43,478 nt of DNA from a virus. Its lineage: Duplodnaviria > Caudoviricetes. Where the stretch lies: positions 1-43,478 of the IMG/VR virus record IMGVR_UViG_3300048578_000426, one strand, 5' to 3'. Both the position numbers and the translations under genes were made by a program. Each line of letters opens with the position of its first letter. Position 1 is the stretch's first letter. The notes below the pieces were generated by a model. The model did no database searches. It was given only the letters and a program-made list of their open reading frames with translations, and was not told the DNA's origin. This document shows positions 17,460 through 27,536 of the stretch, in pieces.

Positions 17460-17552
17460 CGAAAACCGTTTGATCTTATCCGGATTCATGCGATAGACTC
17501 TGCGCATACGAGTTTTTCCCGCGGACTGGGCCGGCGAGAGTCGGAGGTCCAC

Positions 17553-17990
17553 GTGAGCGAAAAGAAGAAGGGCGCGAAGCGCACGTCGTTCCTGGGTGGG
17601 GACGATGGGCAGGCCGCGCTGACAGAGGACCAGGCGGGAAACGGCCCCACCGGGTCCCAATCGAGTTTCGACTACGCGACCGACGAATCGGGCCGCGCTG
17701 TCGTTTTCTCCATGGGGAAGAAGGACGAGGGGAAAGCCTCGTCCGATTCCGAGATTGGAGAGATCGAAGGCGCTCTCGCGTCGCTGGGCTACTACAAGGG
17801 CGAACCCTCGGGGAAATACGACGAGGGTCTTCGCGATGCCGTCGCGGCCTTCAAGAAAGATAACGACATCTCTGGCGATGGCCGCACGATCGACCAGGCA
17901 ACGCGGGACCGCATCCTCGCACGCGCCTCGCGCGATGGCGGTGCGGACTCAGGCGCCGGCCTCGAGGATGCCGAGGGCGGAGGGCTCTAG
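17553..17990 (+). CDS. Protein with a peptidoglycan-binding (PG_binding_1-like) domain
   Basis: EIEGALASLGYYKGEPSGKYDEGLRDAVAAFKKDNDISGDG..IDQAT matches the PGBD pattern. Confidence 0.7.
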   Translation: MSEKKKGAKRTSFLGGDDGQAALTEDQAGNGPTGSQSSFDYATDESGRAVVFSMGKKDEGKASSDSEIGEIEGALASLGYYKGEPSGKYDEGLRDAVAAFKKDNDISGDGRTIDQATRDRILARASRDGGADSGAGLEDAEGGGL

Positions 17991-17992
17991 CC

Positions 17993-19669
17993 GTGCCCGA
18001 TGACACCCTCGTCGAGTCGACGCTCAAGCGCTTCGGCAAGCTCAAGGACCTTCGCTCTCCCTGCGAGTCCTACTGGAAGGACGTGACCGACTTCGCCCTG
18101 CCTCGGCGCTCCTTCTGGGATCTCGACGAGGAGGAGGGGAAGCGCCCGTCCCAGCGGCTCTTCAATACCCGGGCGGGGCTCGCCCTCGAGACCCTCGCCA
18201 CGGGCATCGTCGGCTATTCCGTATCGCCGAGCGTCGCCTGGTTCCGCTTGAGGCTCGCCGACTTCGACCTCCAGAAGCTTCCCTATGTCGCGGACTGGCT
18301 CGAGGACTGCGAGCGCCGCATGTATGCCGAGTTCCAGCGCTCGACCTTTTACGCCCAGGCCATCGAATACGTGGCGGACGCCGCGAGCATCGGGCACGCG
18401 ACCATGTTCGTGCGCGATGCCTCGAGGCGCGTCATCTTCTCGACGCGGCACCCGAAAGAGATCTACATCGCCAATGCGCCTGACGGATCGGTCGACACGG
18501 TCTTCAGGGAATTCCGCCCCACGGCCCTCGCCCTCAAGAAGAGCTTCGGGGAGGAAGCCCTGAACGATCATGTCAGGAAAATCCTGGAGACGGATCCCGA
18601 CCGGAAGATCCGCATCCTCCATGCGGTGTTCCCGCGGGAAGAGCGTGAGTACGGGCGCCTCGACGCGAAGAACAAGCCCTGGGCTTCCCTTTACGTCGAC
18701 CTCGAGAGCCATGAGGTCATCAACGAATCGGGATTCGAAGAGAAGCCCTACGCCGTGACGCGCTGGAGGACGAACTCGGACGAGACTTATGGCCGCAGCC
18801 CCGCCCAGGACTGTCTCGCCGACGTGATGATGCTCCAGCAGGTGACGAGGACTCGCCTCAACCTGGCGCAGCTTGTCGGCGATCCGCCCTACAACGTGCC
18901 CGACTCCCTCCGCGGGCGCGAGCGTCTCGTGCCGCATGGCTACAACTACTACACGTCAGCGCAAGAGACCGTTTCCGCCGTGGCGGTTGGGGGAAATTAC
19001 CCCATCACTGCCGATGTCGAGAACCGCATCGAGGACATCGTCAACAAGCATTTCCATGTCGACTTCTTCCTCATGCTCTCGCAGGCCGAGAAGCCCATGA
19101 CGGCCCGGGAGATCGTGGAGCGGCAGGGCGAGAAGGCCGCCATCCTCGGTGCTTCGATCGGGCGCATCAACCAGGAGTTCCTCACGCCCGTGGTCGAGCG
19201 GACCTTCAAGATCATGATGCGGCAGGGCCGCCTTCCGCCGCCGCCTCAGGTCCTCGTCGATGAGGATGCCTCCTTCGAGATCGACTTCGTGGGGCCGCTC
19301 GCCCAGGCGCAGAAGAAATACCACCAGACTGCGGGGCTCCTCCAGTCGCTCGACCTCGTTGGGCCGATCGCCCAGCTCGATCCGACCGCCATGGACAACA
19401 TCGATGCCGACGCCCTCATGCGCGAGGCGCTCGATGCCTTCCAGATGCCGCAGAAGGCTATCCGCGAGGAGCCCGAGGTCAAGAAGATTCGTGCTGCCAG
19501 GGCGCAGCAGCAGGCACAGGCACAGCAGCAACAGCTTGCCCTCCTGCAGCGGTCGGAAACCCTCAAGAACCTCGACAAGCTCAACAAGCAGAAGGTACCG
19601 GGCTCGTTCATCGACGAGCTCGACCAGCAGCTCCAGGGCGCCGGCGCCCCGGCGGGAGGCGCGGTATGA
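17993..19669 (+). CDS. Portal protein (podovirus head-tail connector)
   Basis: 558 aa; VTRW...ETYGRSPA and MTAREIVERQGEK..LG motifs of T7/BPP-1-type portals. Confidence 0.9.
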   Translation: MPDDTLVESTLKRFGKLKDLRSPCESYWKDVTDFALPRRSFWDLDEEEGKRPSQRLFNTRAGLALETLATGIVGYSVSPSVAWFRLRLADFDLQKLPYVADWLEDCERRMYAEFQRSTFYAQAIEYVADAASIGHATMFVRDASRRVIFSTRHPKEIYIANAPDGSVDTVFREFRPTALALKKSFGEEALNDHVRKILETDPDRKIRILHAVFPREEREYGRLDAKNKPWASLYVDLESHEVINESGFEEKPYAVTRWRTNSDETYGRSPAQDCLADVMMLQQVTRTRLNLAQLVGDPPYNVPDSLRGRERLVPHGYNYYTSAQETVSAVAVGGNYPITADVENRIEDIVNKHFHVDFFLMLSQAEKPMTAREIVERQGEKAAILGASIGRINQEFLTPVVERTFKIMMRQGRLPPPPQVLVDEDASFEIDFVGPLAQAQKKYHQTAGLLQSLDLVGPIAQLDPTAMDNIDADALMREALDAFQMPQKAIREEPEVKKIRAARAQQQAQAQQQQLALLQRSETLKNLDKLNKQKVPGSFIDELDQQLQGAGAPAGGAV

Positions 19670-19941
19670 GGTTCTGGTGGCAGAAGGAGGATCCCGATCG
19701 GCAGCGCCTCGAGATCCAGCGGGCCTTCCGGAATGTCGCCGCCACCGAAGATGGCAAGGTCCTCTTCACGGTGCTCTTCGAGGATCTCAAGGTGTTCGAC
19801 CTGGCCAAGACTCCCGACGAAAAGGCTCTTTCCGAGTATGGCAAGTTCCTCCTGTCCGAACGGATGGGAATCAATGATTCCTTCGCGATGATCGAGGCGC
19901 TGCTTTCGATTTCCCGCGGAGGCAAGGAGAACAGGCGATGA
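19666..19941 (+). CDS. Small protein following portal (Bbp19-like)
   Basis: FRNVAATEDGKVLF..L motif; conserved position between portal and scaffold. Confidence 0.6.
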   Translation: MRFWWQKEDPDRQRLEIQRAFRNVAATEDGKVLFTVLFEDLKVFDLAKTPDEKALSEYGKFLLSERMGINDSFAMIEALLSISRGGKENRR

Positions 19942-20843
19942 GCGAAACGACAGGCGGCCAGAATCCGGCAACGGGCAATTCCGGCGGAGCCCAGGCGGAC
20001 GCGGGCAGGGGGCAGGGCTCCTTCCTCACCGGGTCGAACGGCGGCGAAGCTTCCAAGGGCCAGCTCGAGGGCGCGTCCAAGGAAGCGGATACCGCGAGCT
20101 CCGGCACCGCCTCGCAGGCGGAGACGCAGGCTTCCCAGAGCCAGGCGTCGGCGGACTCCGCACAGGGCGCGAAGTCCGGACAGGCTCAGCTTCCTCCGTG
20201 GGCGGCTCAGCTTCCGAAGGACCTTCAGACCGACGAGTCGACGACCAGGTTCGCCACGATAGGCGATCTCTGGAAGTCGTACCGCGAACTCGAGGGGAAA
20301 ATCGGTAGCTCTATAGCGCTTCCCGGCAAGGATGCCAAGCCCGAAGATTGGGCCGCCTTCTGGGAGAAATGCGGAAGGCCCAAGAACCCCGGGGAGTACG
20401 CGCTCCAGAAGATCAAGGACCTGCCCCAGGGCCTCGAGTACGGCGACGACGCGGGATACCGCGCCAGGGCGCATGCGCTCGGGCTCACGAAGGAGCAGGC
20501 GGAAGGGATGTACGCCTTCATCAATGAGGACACCCTCGCCCGCTACAAGGATCTCGTGCAGGCGCAGCAGCGGAAAGCAGAGGAGACCGAGCTCTCCCTC
20601 CGGAAGGAGTGGGGCAAGGACTTCGAAGCGAAGTACGAATCCATGCGTCGCGCGGTGACCACCTTCGGCAACGAGGAGGTGCTCTCGCTCTTCGGCCAGA
20701 CCGGCCTCACGAACGATCCGCGCATCGCGAGGATGTTCGCGAAGATCGGCGAGGCCCTCGGCGAGGGCGCTTTCGTCGAGGACGACGGATCCATCTCCGC
20801 ATCTTCTGGCGAGCGTCGATTCTCCTACGGGAACAAGCAGTAA
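19938..20843 (+). CDS. Capsid scaffolding protein
   Basis: Low-complexity N terminus; GRPKNPGEY, LGLTKEQA and LRKEWGKDFE motifs; directly before the capsid gene. Confidence 0.8.
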   Translation: MSETTGGQNPATGNSGGAQADAGRGQGSFLTGSNGGEASKGQLEGASKEADTASSGTASQAETQASQSQASADSAQGAKSGQAQLPPWAAQLPKDLQTDESTTRFATIGDLWKSYRELEGKIGSSIALPGKDAKPEDWAAFWEKCGRPKNPGEYALQKIKDLPQGLEYGDDAGYRARAHALGLTKEQAEGMYAFINEDTLARYKDLVQAQQRKAEETELSLRKEWGKDFEAKYESMRRAVTTFGNEEVLSLFGQTGLTNDPRIARMFAKIGEALGEGAFVEDDGSISASSGERRFSYGNKQ

Positions 20844-20855
20844 AGGAGAACGAGA

Positions 20856-21839
20856 ATGCCTACCACGCTTTCATCCGCCGATAAGCTTACCGCCATAGAG
20901 CTCGCGAAGCGCTTCGGCAAGAACGACCAGATCCTCATTATCGAGGGGCTTTCGGTCCAGAACGAAATGCTTCTCGACGCCCCGGTCTTCGAGGCGACCG
21001 ACGGCACCATCAATAAGACCACGGTGCGCCAGACCATGCCGTCGGGCAAGCGCCGCATCTACAACGAGGGCATCATGCCCTCGGCCTCGCAGACCGGCCA
21101 GATCGAGGACCGCATCTGCATGCTCGAGGATTACTCCGATGTCGACAAGGACCTCGCCGACCACTCGCCCGACAAGAACGCCTTCCTCGATTCCGAGGAC
21201 AAGGCCTTCCTCATGGGCATGGGCAAGACGCAGGCCGACGCCCTCATCTACGACAGCCACTTCGTCGACTCGCGCCAGATCGACGGCCTCGCGATGCGGT
21301 ACCCCGCCCTCGCCGATACCTACAACGTGTATGGCCTCAGCGGTACGGGCAACGCCCTCACCTCGGGCTACCTCATCCGCTGGGGTCGCGCGACCGCCCA
21401 CCTCTTCTACCCGCGCGGCCACGAGTCCATCGGCGTGAAGCGCGAGTTCCGCGGCGTCACCGACATCATCAAGACCAACTCCGAAGGGAAGCTCGTGAAG
21501 ATGCCCGGTTATTCGACCTTCTTCTCCGCGCACTTTGGCATGTCGGTCCGCGACAAGCGCGCGGTGAAGCGCCTCTGCAACATCCCCCAGACCGGCGTCG
21601 CGGGGGATGCGATCCTCACGGCCCTCATCAAGGCCCGCAACACCCTGCCCGCGGGCGACGGCAACACCGTCTTCTACTGCAACAGCTTCGTCAAGTCGCT
21701 CCTCGACATCTACGCCATGACGAAGTCGAACGGCTGCTACACGGCGGACGACCCCTGGGGCCGCCCCTGCACCATCTTCCAGGGGATCCGCATCAGGCAG
21801 ATGGATTCCATCCTCAACACCGAGAGCGCGGTCGCGTAA
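20856..21839 (+). CDS. Major capsid protein (BPP-1/epsilon15-like HK97 fold)
   Basis: 327 aa; strong AAGGAG RBS and biased codons; NEMLLD, IDGLAMRY and FQGIRIRQMDSILNTE motifs. Confidence 0.85.
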   Translation: MPTTLSSADKLTAIELAKRFGKNDQILIIEGLSVQNEMLLDAPVFEATDGTINKTTVRQTMPSGKRRIYNEGIMPSASQTGQIEDRICMLEDYSDVDKDLADHSPDKNAFLDSEDKAFLMGMGKTQADALIYDSHFVDSRQIDGLAMRYPALADTYNVYGLSGTGNALTSGYLIRWGRATAHLFYPRGHESIGVKREFRGVTDIIKTNSEGKLVKMPGYSTFFSAHFGMSVRDKRAVKRLCNIPQTGVAGDAILTALIKARNTLPAGDGNTVFYCNSFVKSLLDIYAMTKSNGCYTADDPWGRPCTIFQGIRIRQMDSILNTESAVA

Positions 21840-21850
21840 GGAGCCCGAAC

Positions 21851-22228
21851 ATGACCGATGCAAGCCTTCAGTATTCCCAGAAACAGGCCGTCACGGCCAC
21901 GGCGGTCTCCGATGCCGTCATCGACCATGGTGTCGACAAGATCGGCGACGTCAACCCCGTCTTCCTCGAGGTGGATGTCAACGCCGCCTTCGTAACCGCC
22001 AATGGCGGCACCCTCCAGGCGGTCCTCCAGGACTCCGCGGACGGTACCACCTTCCGCGATGTCATATCCTCGCGAGTCTTCGCGGCCGCTGACCTCTCGG
22101 CCGGTGCCCGTCTCTTCCGCGGATCGGTGCCGTACGGGATCAGGCGCTACACGCGCATGAACTACATCGTCGGTACGGGCGCTTTCACCGCCGGTACCGT
22201 GTCCGCCTTCCTCGAAGGCAGGGAGTAG
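21851..22228 (+). CDS. Capsid cement/decoration protein (Bbp16-like)
   Basis: DASLQYSQKQAVTATAVS..VID, LQDSADGTTF and RRYTRMNY..FTAGTVSAFL; follows the capsid gene. Confidence 0.7.
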   Translation: MTDASLQYSQKQAVTATAVSDAVIDHGVDKIGDVNPVFLEVDVNAAFVTANGGTLQAVLQDSADGTTFRDVISSRVFAAADLSAGARLFRGSVPYGIRRYTRMNYIVGTGAFTAGTVSAFLEGRE

Positions 22229-22231
22229 ACC

Positions 22232-22402
22232 ATGGCCGAACAGCAGAACAGCGGACAGAAGGAGCTCCTTCCCGTGACCTACGTCTGCGCGACGAAGTGC
22301 TACTGGTCCGGCCGGCTCTGGGAGGTCGGCGACGAGTTCGTCGCTCCTCCCGGGACGAAGGTCCCGGAGCATTTCGAGCAGTCCCAGCGCTCGGATAAGT
22401 AA
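22232..22402 (+). CDS. Small head-associated hypothetical protein (56 aa, absent from the ORF track)
   Basis: GGGAG RBS; MAEQQNSGQKELLPVTYVCATKCYWSGRLWEVGDEFVAPPGTKVPEHFEQSQRSDK. Confidence 0.6.
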   Translation: MAEQQNSGQKELLPVTYVCATKCYWSGRLWEVGDEFVAPPGTKVPEHFEQSQRSDK

Positions 22403-22461
22403 AAACCAGGCGGGCGGCGCCATGCCGCCCACCGCATCCTCTCGAGGGAAAGGGGTCTATC

Positions 22462-23016
22462 GTGGCGACGAAGATAGAGATCATCAACCGGGCTTTAGCC
22501 AGGCTGGGCGACCAGGCAATCGAGAGCCTCACCGAGAACTCGCGCAACGCGACGGCCGCTTTGGTCCACTACGAGCCCACTATCCTCGAGACGCTCCGCC
22601 TCGTGCCCTGGTCCTGCGCCATCAAGCGAGCCGCGCTCTCCGCCCCCGATCCCCTCCCGACGAACTACACCCAATACGCAGGCGCCTTCGCGTTGCCCTC
22701 GGCTCTGATCCTGGCCCTCGATCTCGTGAGCGAGGAGGAGTACCTCCTCGAGGGCCAGTACCTCTACACGGACGACCCTGCGCCCGTGCTTCGGCACATC
22801 TCCCGCATCGACGAGGCCGGGTGGGATCCTCTCCTCGCCGAGGTCGTCGAGCTCAGGCTCGCTTCCAAGCTGGCGCTCGAGCTCTCCAACAAGCCCGAGC
22901 TCGGGCAGGCCTTCTTGCAGGAAGCGACGCTCATGCTCGCAGATGCCCGAAGGCTCTCCCTCTTCGAGCACGCATCTCCCGCGAAGGGCAAGCCCTACTG
23001 GACGGAGACCTTCTGA
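22462..23016 (+). CDS. Tail tubular protein A / adaptor
   Basis: TKIEIINRALARLG, PWSCAIKRAAL and YAGAFALPS motifs; podovirus synteny. Confidence 0.75.
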   Translation: MATKIEIINRALARLGDQAIESLTENSRNATAALVHYEPTILETLRLVPWSCAIKRAALSAPDPLPTNYTQYAGAFALPSALILALDLVSEEEYLLEGQYLYTDDPAPVLRHISRIDEAGWDPLLAEVVELRLASKLALELSNKPELGQAFLQEATLMLADARRLSLFEHASPAKGKPYWTETF

Positions 23017-24776
23017 TGCGCCAGACCCCGATCATTACCGACTTTACCGCGGGCGAGCTCTCCCCGAAGCTCTCCGGGCGCTTCGACCTCGCCGCCTACG
23101 CCAAGGGATGTTCGAAACTCGAGAATTTCGTCCCATTCTCGCAGGGAGGGATCACCTACCGCCCGGGCACGAAGTACCTCGGCCGGACCCGCGGCGACAA
23201 GTCCGCGCGGCTCATTCCCTTCATCCTTTCTTCGGATGTGGTCTATCTCCTCGAGATCGTCCCTGGATTCCTCCGGATCTGGCAGAACGGAGTGCTCCTT
23301 GAAGGCGAGATCGGCGTTCCGTATGCAACGATCGGCGAGATACGGGAAATCCAGTTCGCCCAGATATACAACGTGCTGTACTTCGCCCACCGATCCTATC
23401 CCCCGAGGAAGCTGATCTGGAATGGCAGTGGCTCATTCTCCTTTTCATCGCTCGCGATCACATCCAACGCGGGCAAGCTTCCATTCCAGAACCCGACCGA
23501 ATACCCTGGCTGCGTGGCCGCGTTCGGCGGTCGGCTACTCTTCGCGAGTTCTCTCGCCTTCCCGCAAAAAATCTGGGCTTCGAAGCCTTTCGAGTATGAG
23601 AACTTCACCTATTTCGAGACAATTGTTTCCACCTATCGGGGCCTCAAGGATCCGGCTACCTGGGCCGATCCCGTCAAGCCCGAATACGAAACCGTGACCA
23701 AGAGCCGTGATGTCACCGGCGCGGGCAACGCCTTCGAGCTCGAGCTCGCGAGCGATCAGAGCGACCGTATCGAGTGGATCGCGACCGGCCACAACCTCGT
23801 GGTCGGAACGGTTTCCGGCGAGTGGATCCTCCCGGCCAATCTTTCGGCGACTTCGATCGCGGCCCAGTTGCAGTCCCGGTATGGATCCGCGGGGATGCAG
23901 GCCCGCCTCGTCGGCGAGGCGATGGTCTTCCTTCAGGGATCAGGCACGAGGGTGCGCGAGTACTATTACTCCAATGAGGCCGGGGCCTATCAGTCGCCCG
24001 ATCTCGTCTTCCTGGCCGACCATATTCTCTCCCATGGCGTCGTCGACTTCGACTACACCAACGTCCCCGATCCCACCTTGCTCTTCACGCTCGCCGACGG
24101 TTCGGTAGCGGCTCTCCTCTATAACCAGAGACAAGGAGCCATGGCCTGGTATCGCCTCGCCTTCCCTGGAGCCCTGGTGGAGTCGATCGCGGTCCTTCCC
24201 GCTCCGGGGACGGATGACATTTACCTCGAAGTCAATCGCTCCGGCGTCAGGAGCATCGAGCGCATGGAGCGCCTCTTCTCGGGCGTGTTCCTCGATTCCT
24301 TCGTTGAGGTCGTGGCGACCCTGGCGCCGAAAACGGTCACGGGCCTCGAGCGGTTCAATGGCCAGACCGTCACCCTCGATGGTGGGGTGGTCGTCGCATC
24401 CCTCCCGGTGGCCGAGGGCAAGCTTACGCTGCCCGCATCGATCGCCGAGGGCCTGACCGTCAGGATCGGACTGCCCTTCGTGGCCCAGATGCGTACCATG
24501 CGCCTCAACACGCAGATCGACACCGGGGTAGGGCAGGGGAAGCCCAAGCGCATCTCCGCCGTCACCCTGCGGCTCCTCGATTCGTATCCCTTCTCGGTCG
24601 GATATACGGACGCCCAGACGGATCTCGAAACGGCACGCATTGGATCGACACCCTTCTCGGGTGATGTCCGCGTGCCCTTCCGCGGTCGATGGGAGTCCGA
24701 TGGATGGGTCTCGGTTGTCCACAGCGACCCGAGGCCGCTCACCATTCTCTGTCTTGTCCCGGAGGTGGACGCGTAA
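23016..24776 (+). CDS. Tail tubular protein B / nozzle
   Basis: FTAGELSPKLSGRFDL, QGGITYRPGT and YPGCVAAFGGRL motifs; ATG 23016 overlaps the previous stop. Confidence 0.8.
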   Translation: MRQTPIITDFTAGELSPKLSGRFDLAAYAKGCSKLENFVPFSQGGITYRPGTKYLGRTRGDKSARLIPFILSSDVVYLLEIVPGFLRIWQNGVLLEGEIGVPYATIGEIREIQFAQIYNVLYFAHRSYPPRKLIWNGSGSFSFSSLAITSNAGKLPFQNPTEYPGCVAAFGGRLLFASSLAFPQKIWASKPFEYENFTYFETIVSTYRGLKDPATWADPVKPEYETVTKSRDVTGAGNAFELELASDQSDRIEWIATGHNLVVGTVSGEWILPANLSATSIAAQLQSRYGSAGMQARLVGEAMVFLQGSGTRVREYYYSNEAGAYQSPDLVFLADHILSHGVVDFDYTNVPDPTLLFTLADGSVAALLYNQRQGAMAWYRLAFPGALVESIAVLPAPGTDDIYLEVNRSGVRSIERMERLFSGVFLDSFVEVVATLAPKTVTGLERFNGQTVTLDGGVVVASLPVAEGKLTLPASIAEGLTVRIGLPFVAQMRTMRLNTQIDTGVGQGKPKRISAVTLRLLDSYPFSVGYTDAQTDLETARIGSTPFSGDVRVPFRGRWESDGWVSVVHSDPRPLTILCLVPEVDA

Positions 24777-25552
24777 TGGTAGGCCTTACGATAGCCGGAT
24801 TGGTTCTCGGGCTCGGTGGGATGATTATTGGTGGTTTTGCAGCGAAGGATGTCGCCGAACAGAAATCCATAGATGAACAGCTAGATATCAAGAACAAGCA
24901 GGACATCCTTACGCAGCAGTATCAGAATCAACAGTCTGTCTCCGAAGCTGAGCTCGCGTATGAAAAGGAGCAGATTGAACAGCAAAAGAAAGAGGCCGAA
25001 CAGCAGGCCGGGAAAATAGAATCAGAGGCGCGTTTTTCGTATGGCCAGGGTATGGAGAACACCTTCTCGTCCCAGGGCCAGCAGGAAGCCTCCTTTCTCA
25101 AGGCGAAGGCGGATTCCGCGCGGGGGCTCTCCGCGCAGACCGCGGCCGCGGGGCTGTCCGGGGTGAAGAACTCAGGCACGACCGCGCTTCTCCAATCGGA
25201 GGCGAGTGCCGACGCGGCGGACGATCTTGCGGCCTCGAGGGCATCGCTCGACGCTTCCCGTACGGCGAGCATCAAACAGACGCAGTTCGCCTACGACGAC
25301 GCGTTGACCACGGCAGCGAATATCCGCGCCAACATCAAGGATGGTGCGTCGTATCTGGCCGTCTACAATGCGAAGCAGAAGGCGAATGCCAGTCTCTATA
25401 ACTTGCAGAGTTCACAGCTTTCCGACGCCTATACGCGAGCTGGCTGGAATGATACCAAAGCATTCGCCTCTTTCCTTGGTGGCGCGGCTGGAGGCCTTTC
25501 AACCGGGTATAGCGCATTCAAGTTAGGTACCGATGCCGGTTGGTGGAAGTGA
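24776..25552 (+). CDS. Putative internal virion (ejection) protein
   Basis: Hydrophobic Gly-rich ends, Ala/Gln coiled-coil centre and AAAGLSGV motif; position after nozzle. Confidence 0.6.
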   Translation: MVGLTIAGLVLGLGGMIIGGFAAKDVAEQKSIDEQLDIKNKQDILTQQYQNQQSVSEAELAYEKEQIEQQKKEAEQQAGKIESEARFSYGQGMENTFSSQGQQEASFLKAKADSARGLSAQTAAAGLSGVKNSGTTALLQSEASADAADDLAASRASLDASRTASIKQTQFAYDDALTTAANIRANIKDGASYLAVYNAKQKANASLYNLQSSQLSDAYTRAGWNDTKAFASFLGGAAGGLSTGYSAFKLGTDAGWWK

Positions 25553-25560
25553 GGAATGGC

Positions 25561-27534
25561 ATGACTATCGGTGAACTCGGATACGCCCTTGGCTCTGGCC
25601 TCAAGCTCGTTGATTCGGCCTCGCAGTTCGGAGATGCCTTCATCCGAGACCAGGCGAAGGTTCAGCTCGATTCCGCGGAGATCTCGATATCCTCGGCTCT
25701 CCAGAAGGCCACCGACGAGGCTATGAACCTTCCCAATTGGGAGGACGCCGAGACCTACTTCAACGACCGGAAGAAGGAGATCCTCGCCAATTCCCTCGGC
25801 GGGCTCAAGCTCAACGGATACGCCCAGCGTGAGGCCGAAAGCCTTTTCGAACGATCCTGGGCCAACCAGGCGCAGTATGTGGCCGGGCAGGTCGAGAAGA
25901 AGAAGGACAGCTCCATCGTGAGCCAGGCTGAACAGAACGCCGTAGCCTGCAAGGATCTTGCCGGCGTGTCGCCCACGGCGCGCGCTCAGCTTGCCTTGGA
26001 AAAACTGGATGTCGCCCGCGGCCGGATGGACCCCGCCCAGTACGATAAAACCGCTCGCTCCCTGATGTCGTCGATCTATGAGGACGACTGGAAGACCCAG
26101 ACCTATGCCGCGCTCGGGAGCGACGGCTCGGGCCTCGCCGAGGCAGAGAAGCTTGTATCCTCGATGGTCCCCGATTCCATCGATCAGGGCGGTATCACAC
26201 TCGTCTACGGGAAGGGCGCCCGGGATGCCCTGGTCGAGGGCCTCCGCAGGGAGGCGACCTATCGTAGCGCCGCGGCGAAGACCGCATGGGATGCGAAGCA
26301 GGATAAGTACAACAATGAGCTGTCTGCTCAGTTTTACAGCTTGACCTCGGGGAAGGGGAATATAGCAGGGCTCAGGGATCTCGATGACGCGATCGTTGCT
26401 CGCCTAAAGTCTGGAGACCTCGGTGACAAAGTCGGTGGATCCTGGCTGGATAAAATACGATCATGCGTGAAAGCGATAGATGGGAGTGGAAATGGTGCTA
26501 GTTATAACCAAATAAAAACAATGACGAAGGATGAGATATTTGCCTATGTCCTGAGCCAGGGCGATGATGTGCCAGATGCTCGAATTGCTGCATATTTAGC
26601 GCCAGGGCTTGCCGAGCCAAAAATAGCTGAAGCGATTGTCGACGCTCAGGATTTGCGTGCGAGGATTCGTGCCGGGAAGCTCTCGAAGGATCAGGATTAT
26701 CAAGCCGTCCTTCCCCGGCTCGCATCGATCAAGGACAAGGGTAAAGCAACAGAGGCCCAGATTACGTTCGCCAATCGTGCGCTTGAGATCAAGGCTTATG
26801 TCGCCCAGGGGAAGATTAGTGCAACCGAGGGCCGCGCGCAGATGGAGACGGCGGCCAACAACATCGTCAAGGCCAATTATCAGTCAATGCTTGCTGATCC
26901 ACACCAGTTCTGGCGAGAAGGAGGGACTCGCGATTGGGGTTCCGAGGAGAATTTCGAGAACTATGTAGGTGGCGATGCCGGCAAGAATCTCGACCTCGCC
27001 CGTGCCCGCCTCGAGAGCGAATTCCGCAATACCTATGGCCTCAATGAAGGCGACTACACGACGGATATCAACGCGAAGACCGGCGAGATTCGCTTCACCC
27101 GGACGGATCGCGGCCATGTCATCCAATACCGCGCGGACGAGGACGAAAAAGGCAACGACATCTTCGTCGCGACGACGGAACAAGGCGGCAAGGCCAGTAC
27201 CGTCTCGACTCCCGCGACGGCGACGCCTCTCGCTGCGCGTACGATATCCGGACTCAAGCCTACGGATTCCCAGGGAGGCAAGGACAACAAGGCTTCCTGG
27301 AGCCATGGAATCGCGAACTACCTCAAGACCGATCCGGCGGCACCCAAGTCCTGGAAGGACCTCTTCTCCAAGGGGCATGAGGGCGCCGATCCCGTTACCC
27401 TCTGGCGCGCGGCGGCCGAGGCCGGCCTGGATGGCTTGCCGGATCCCAGCAAATCGAGCGCGATACCGGAGCAGACCCGCAAGGAGCTTGTTCCCTTATA
27501 CCAGGCCTACCTCTCGCGTAGGGGAAAGAAGTAA
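25561..27534 (+). CDS. Putative internal virion (ejection) protein
   Basis: Long helical Ala-rich ORF between the small and large ejection proteins; start 25561 or 25540. Confidence 0.6.
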   Translation: MTIGELGYALGSGLKLVDSASQFGDAFIRDQAKVQLDSAEISISSALQKATDEAMNLPNWEDAETYFNDRKKEILANSLGGLKLNGYAQREAESLFERSWANQAQYVAGQVEKKKDSSIVSQAEQNAVACKDLAGVSPTARAQLALEKLDVARGRMDPAQYDKTARSLMSSIYEDDWKTQTYAALGSDGSGLAEAEKLVSSMVPDSIDQGGITLVYGKGARDALVEGLRREATYRSAAAKTAWDAKQDKYNNELSAQFYSLTSGKGNIAGLRDLDDAIVARLKSGDLGDKVGGSWLDKIRSCVKAIDGSGNGASYNQIKTMTKDEIFAYVLSQGDDVPDARIAAYLAPGLAEPKIAEAIVDAQDLRARIRAGKLSKDQDYQAVLPRLASIKDKGKATEAQITFANRALEIKAYVAQGKISATEGRAQMETAANNIVKANYQSMLADPHQFWREGGTRDWGSEENFENYVGGDAGKNLDLARARLESEFRNTYGLNEGDYTTDINAKTGEIRFTRTDRGHVIQYRADEDEKGNDIFVATTEQGGKASTVSTPATATPLAARTISGLKPTDSQGGKDNKASWSHGIANYLKTDPAAPKSWKDLFSKGHEGADPVTLWRAAAEAGLDGLPDPSKSSAIPEQTRKELVPLYQAYLSRRGKK

Positions 27535-27536
27535 CT

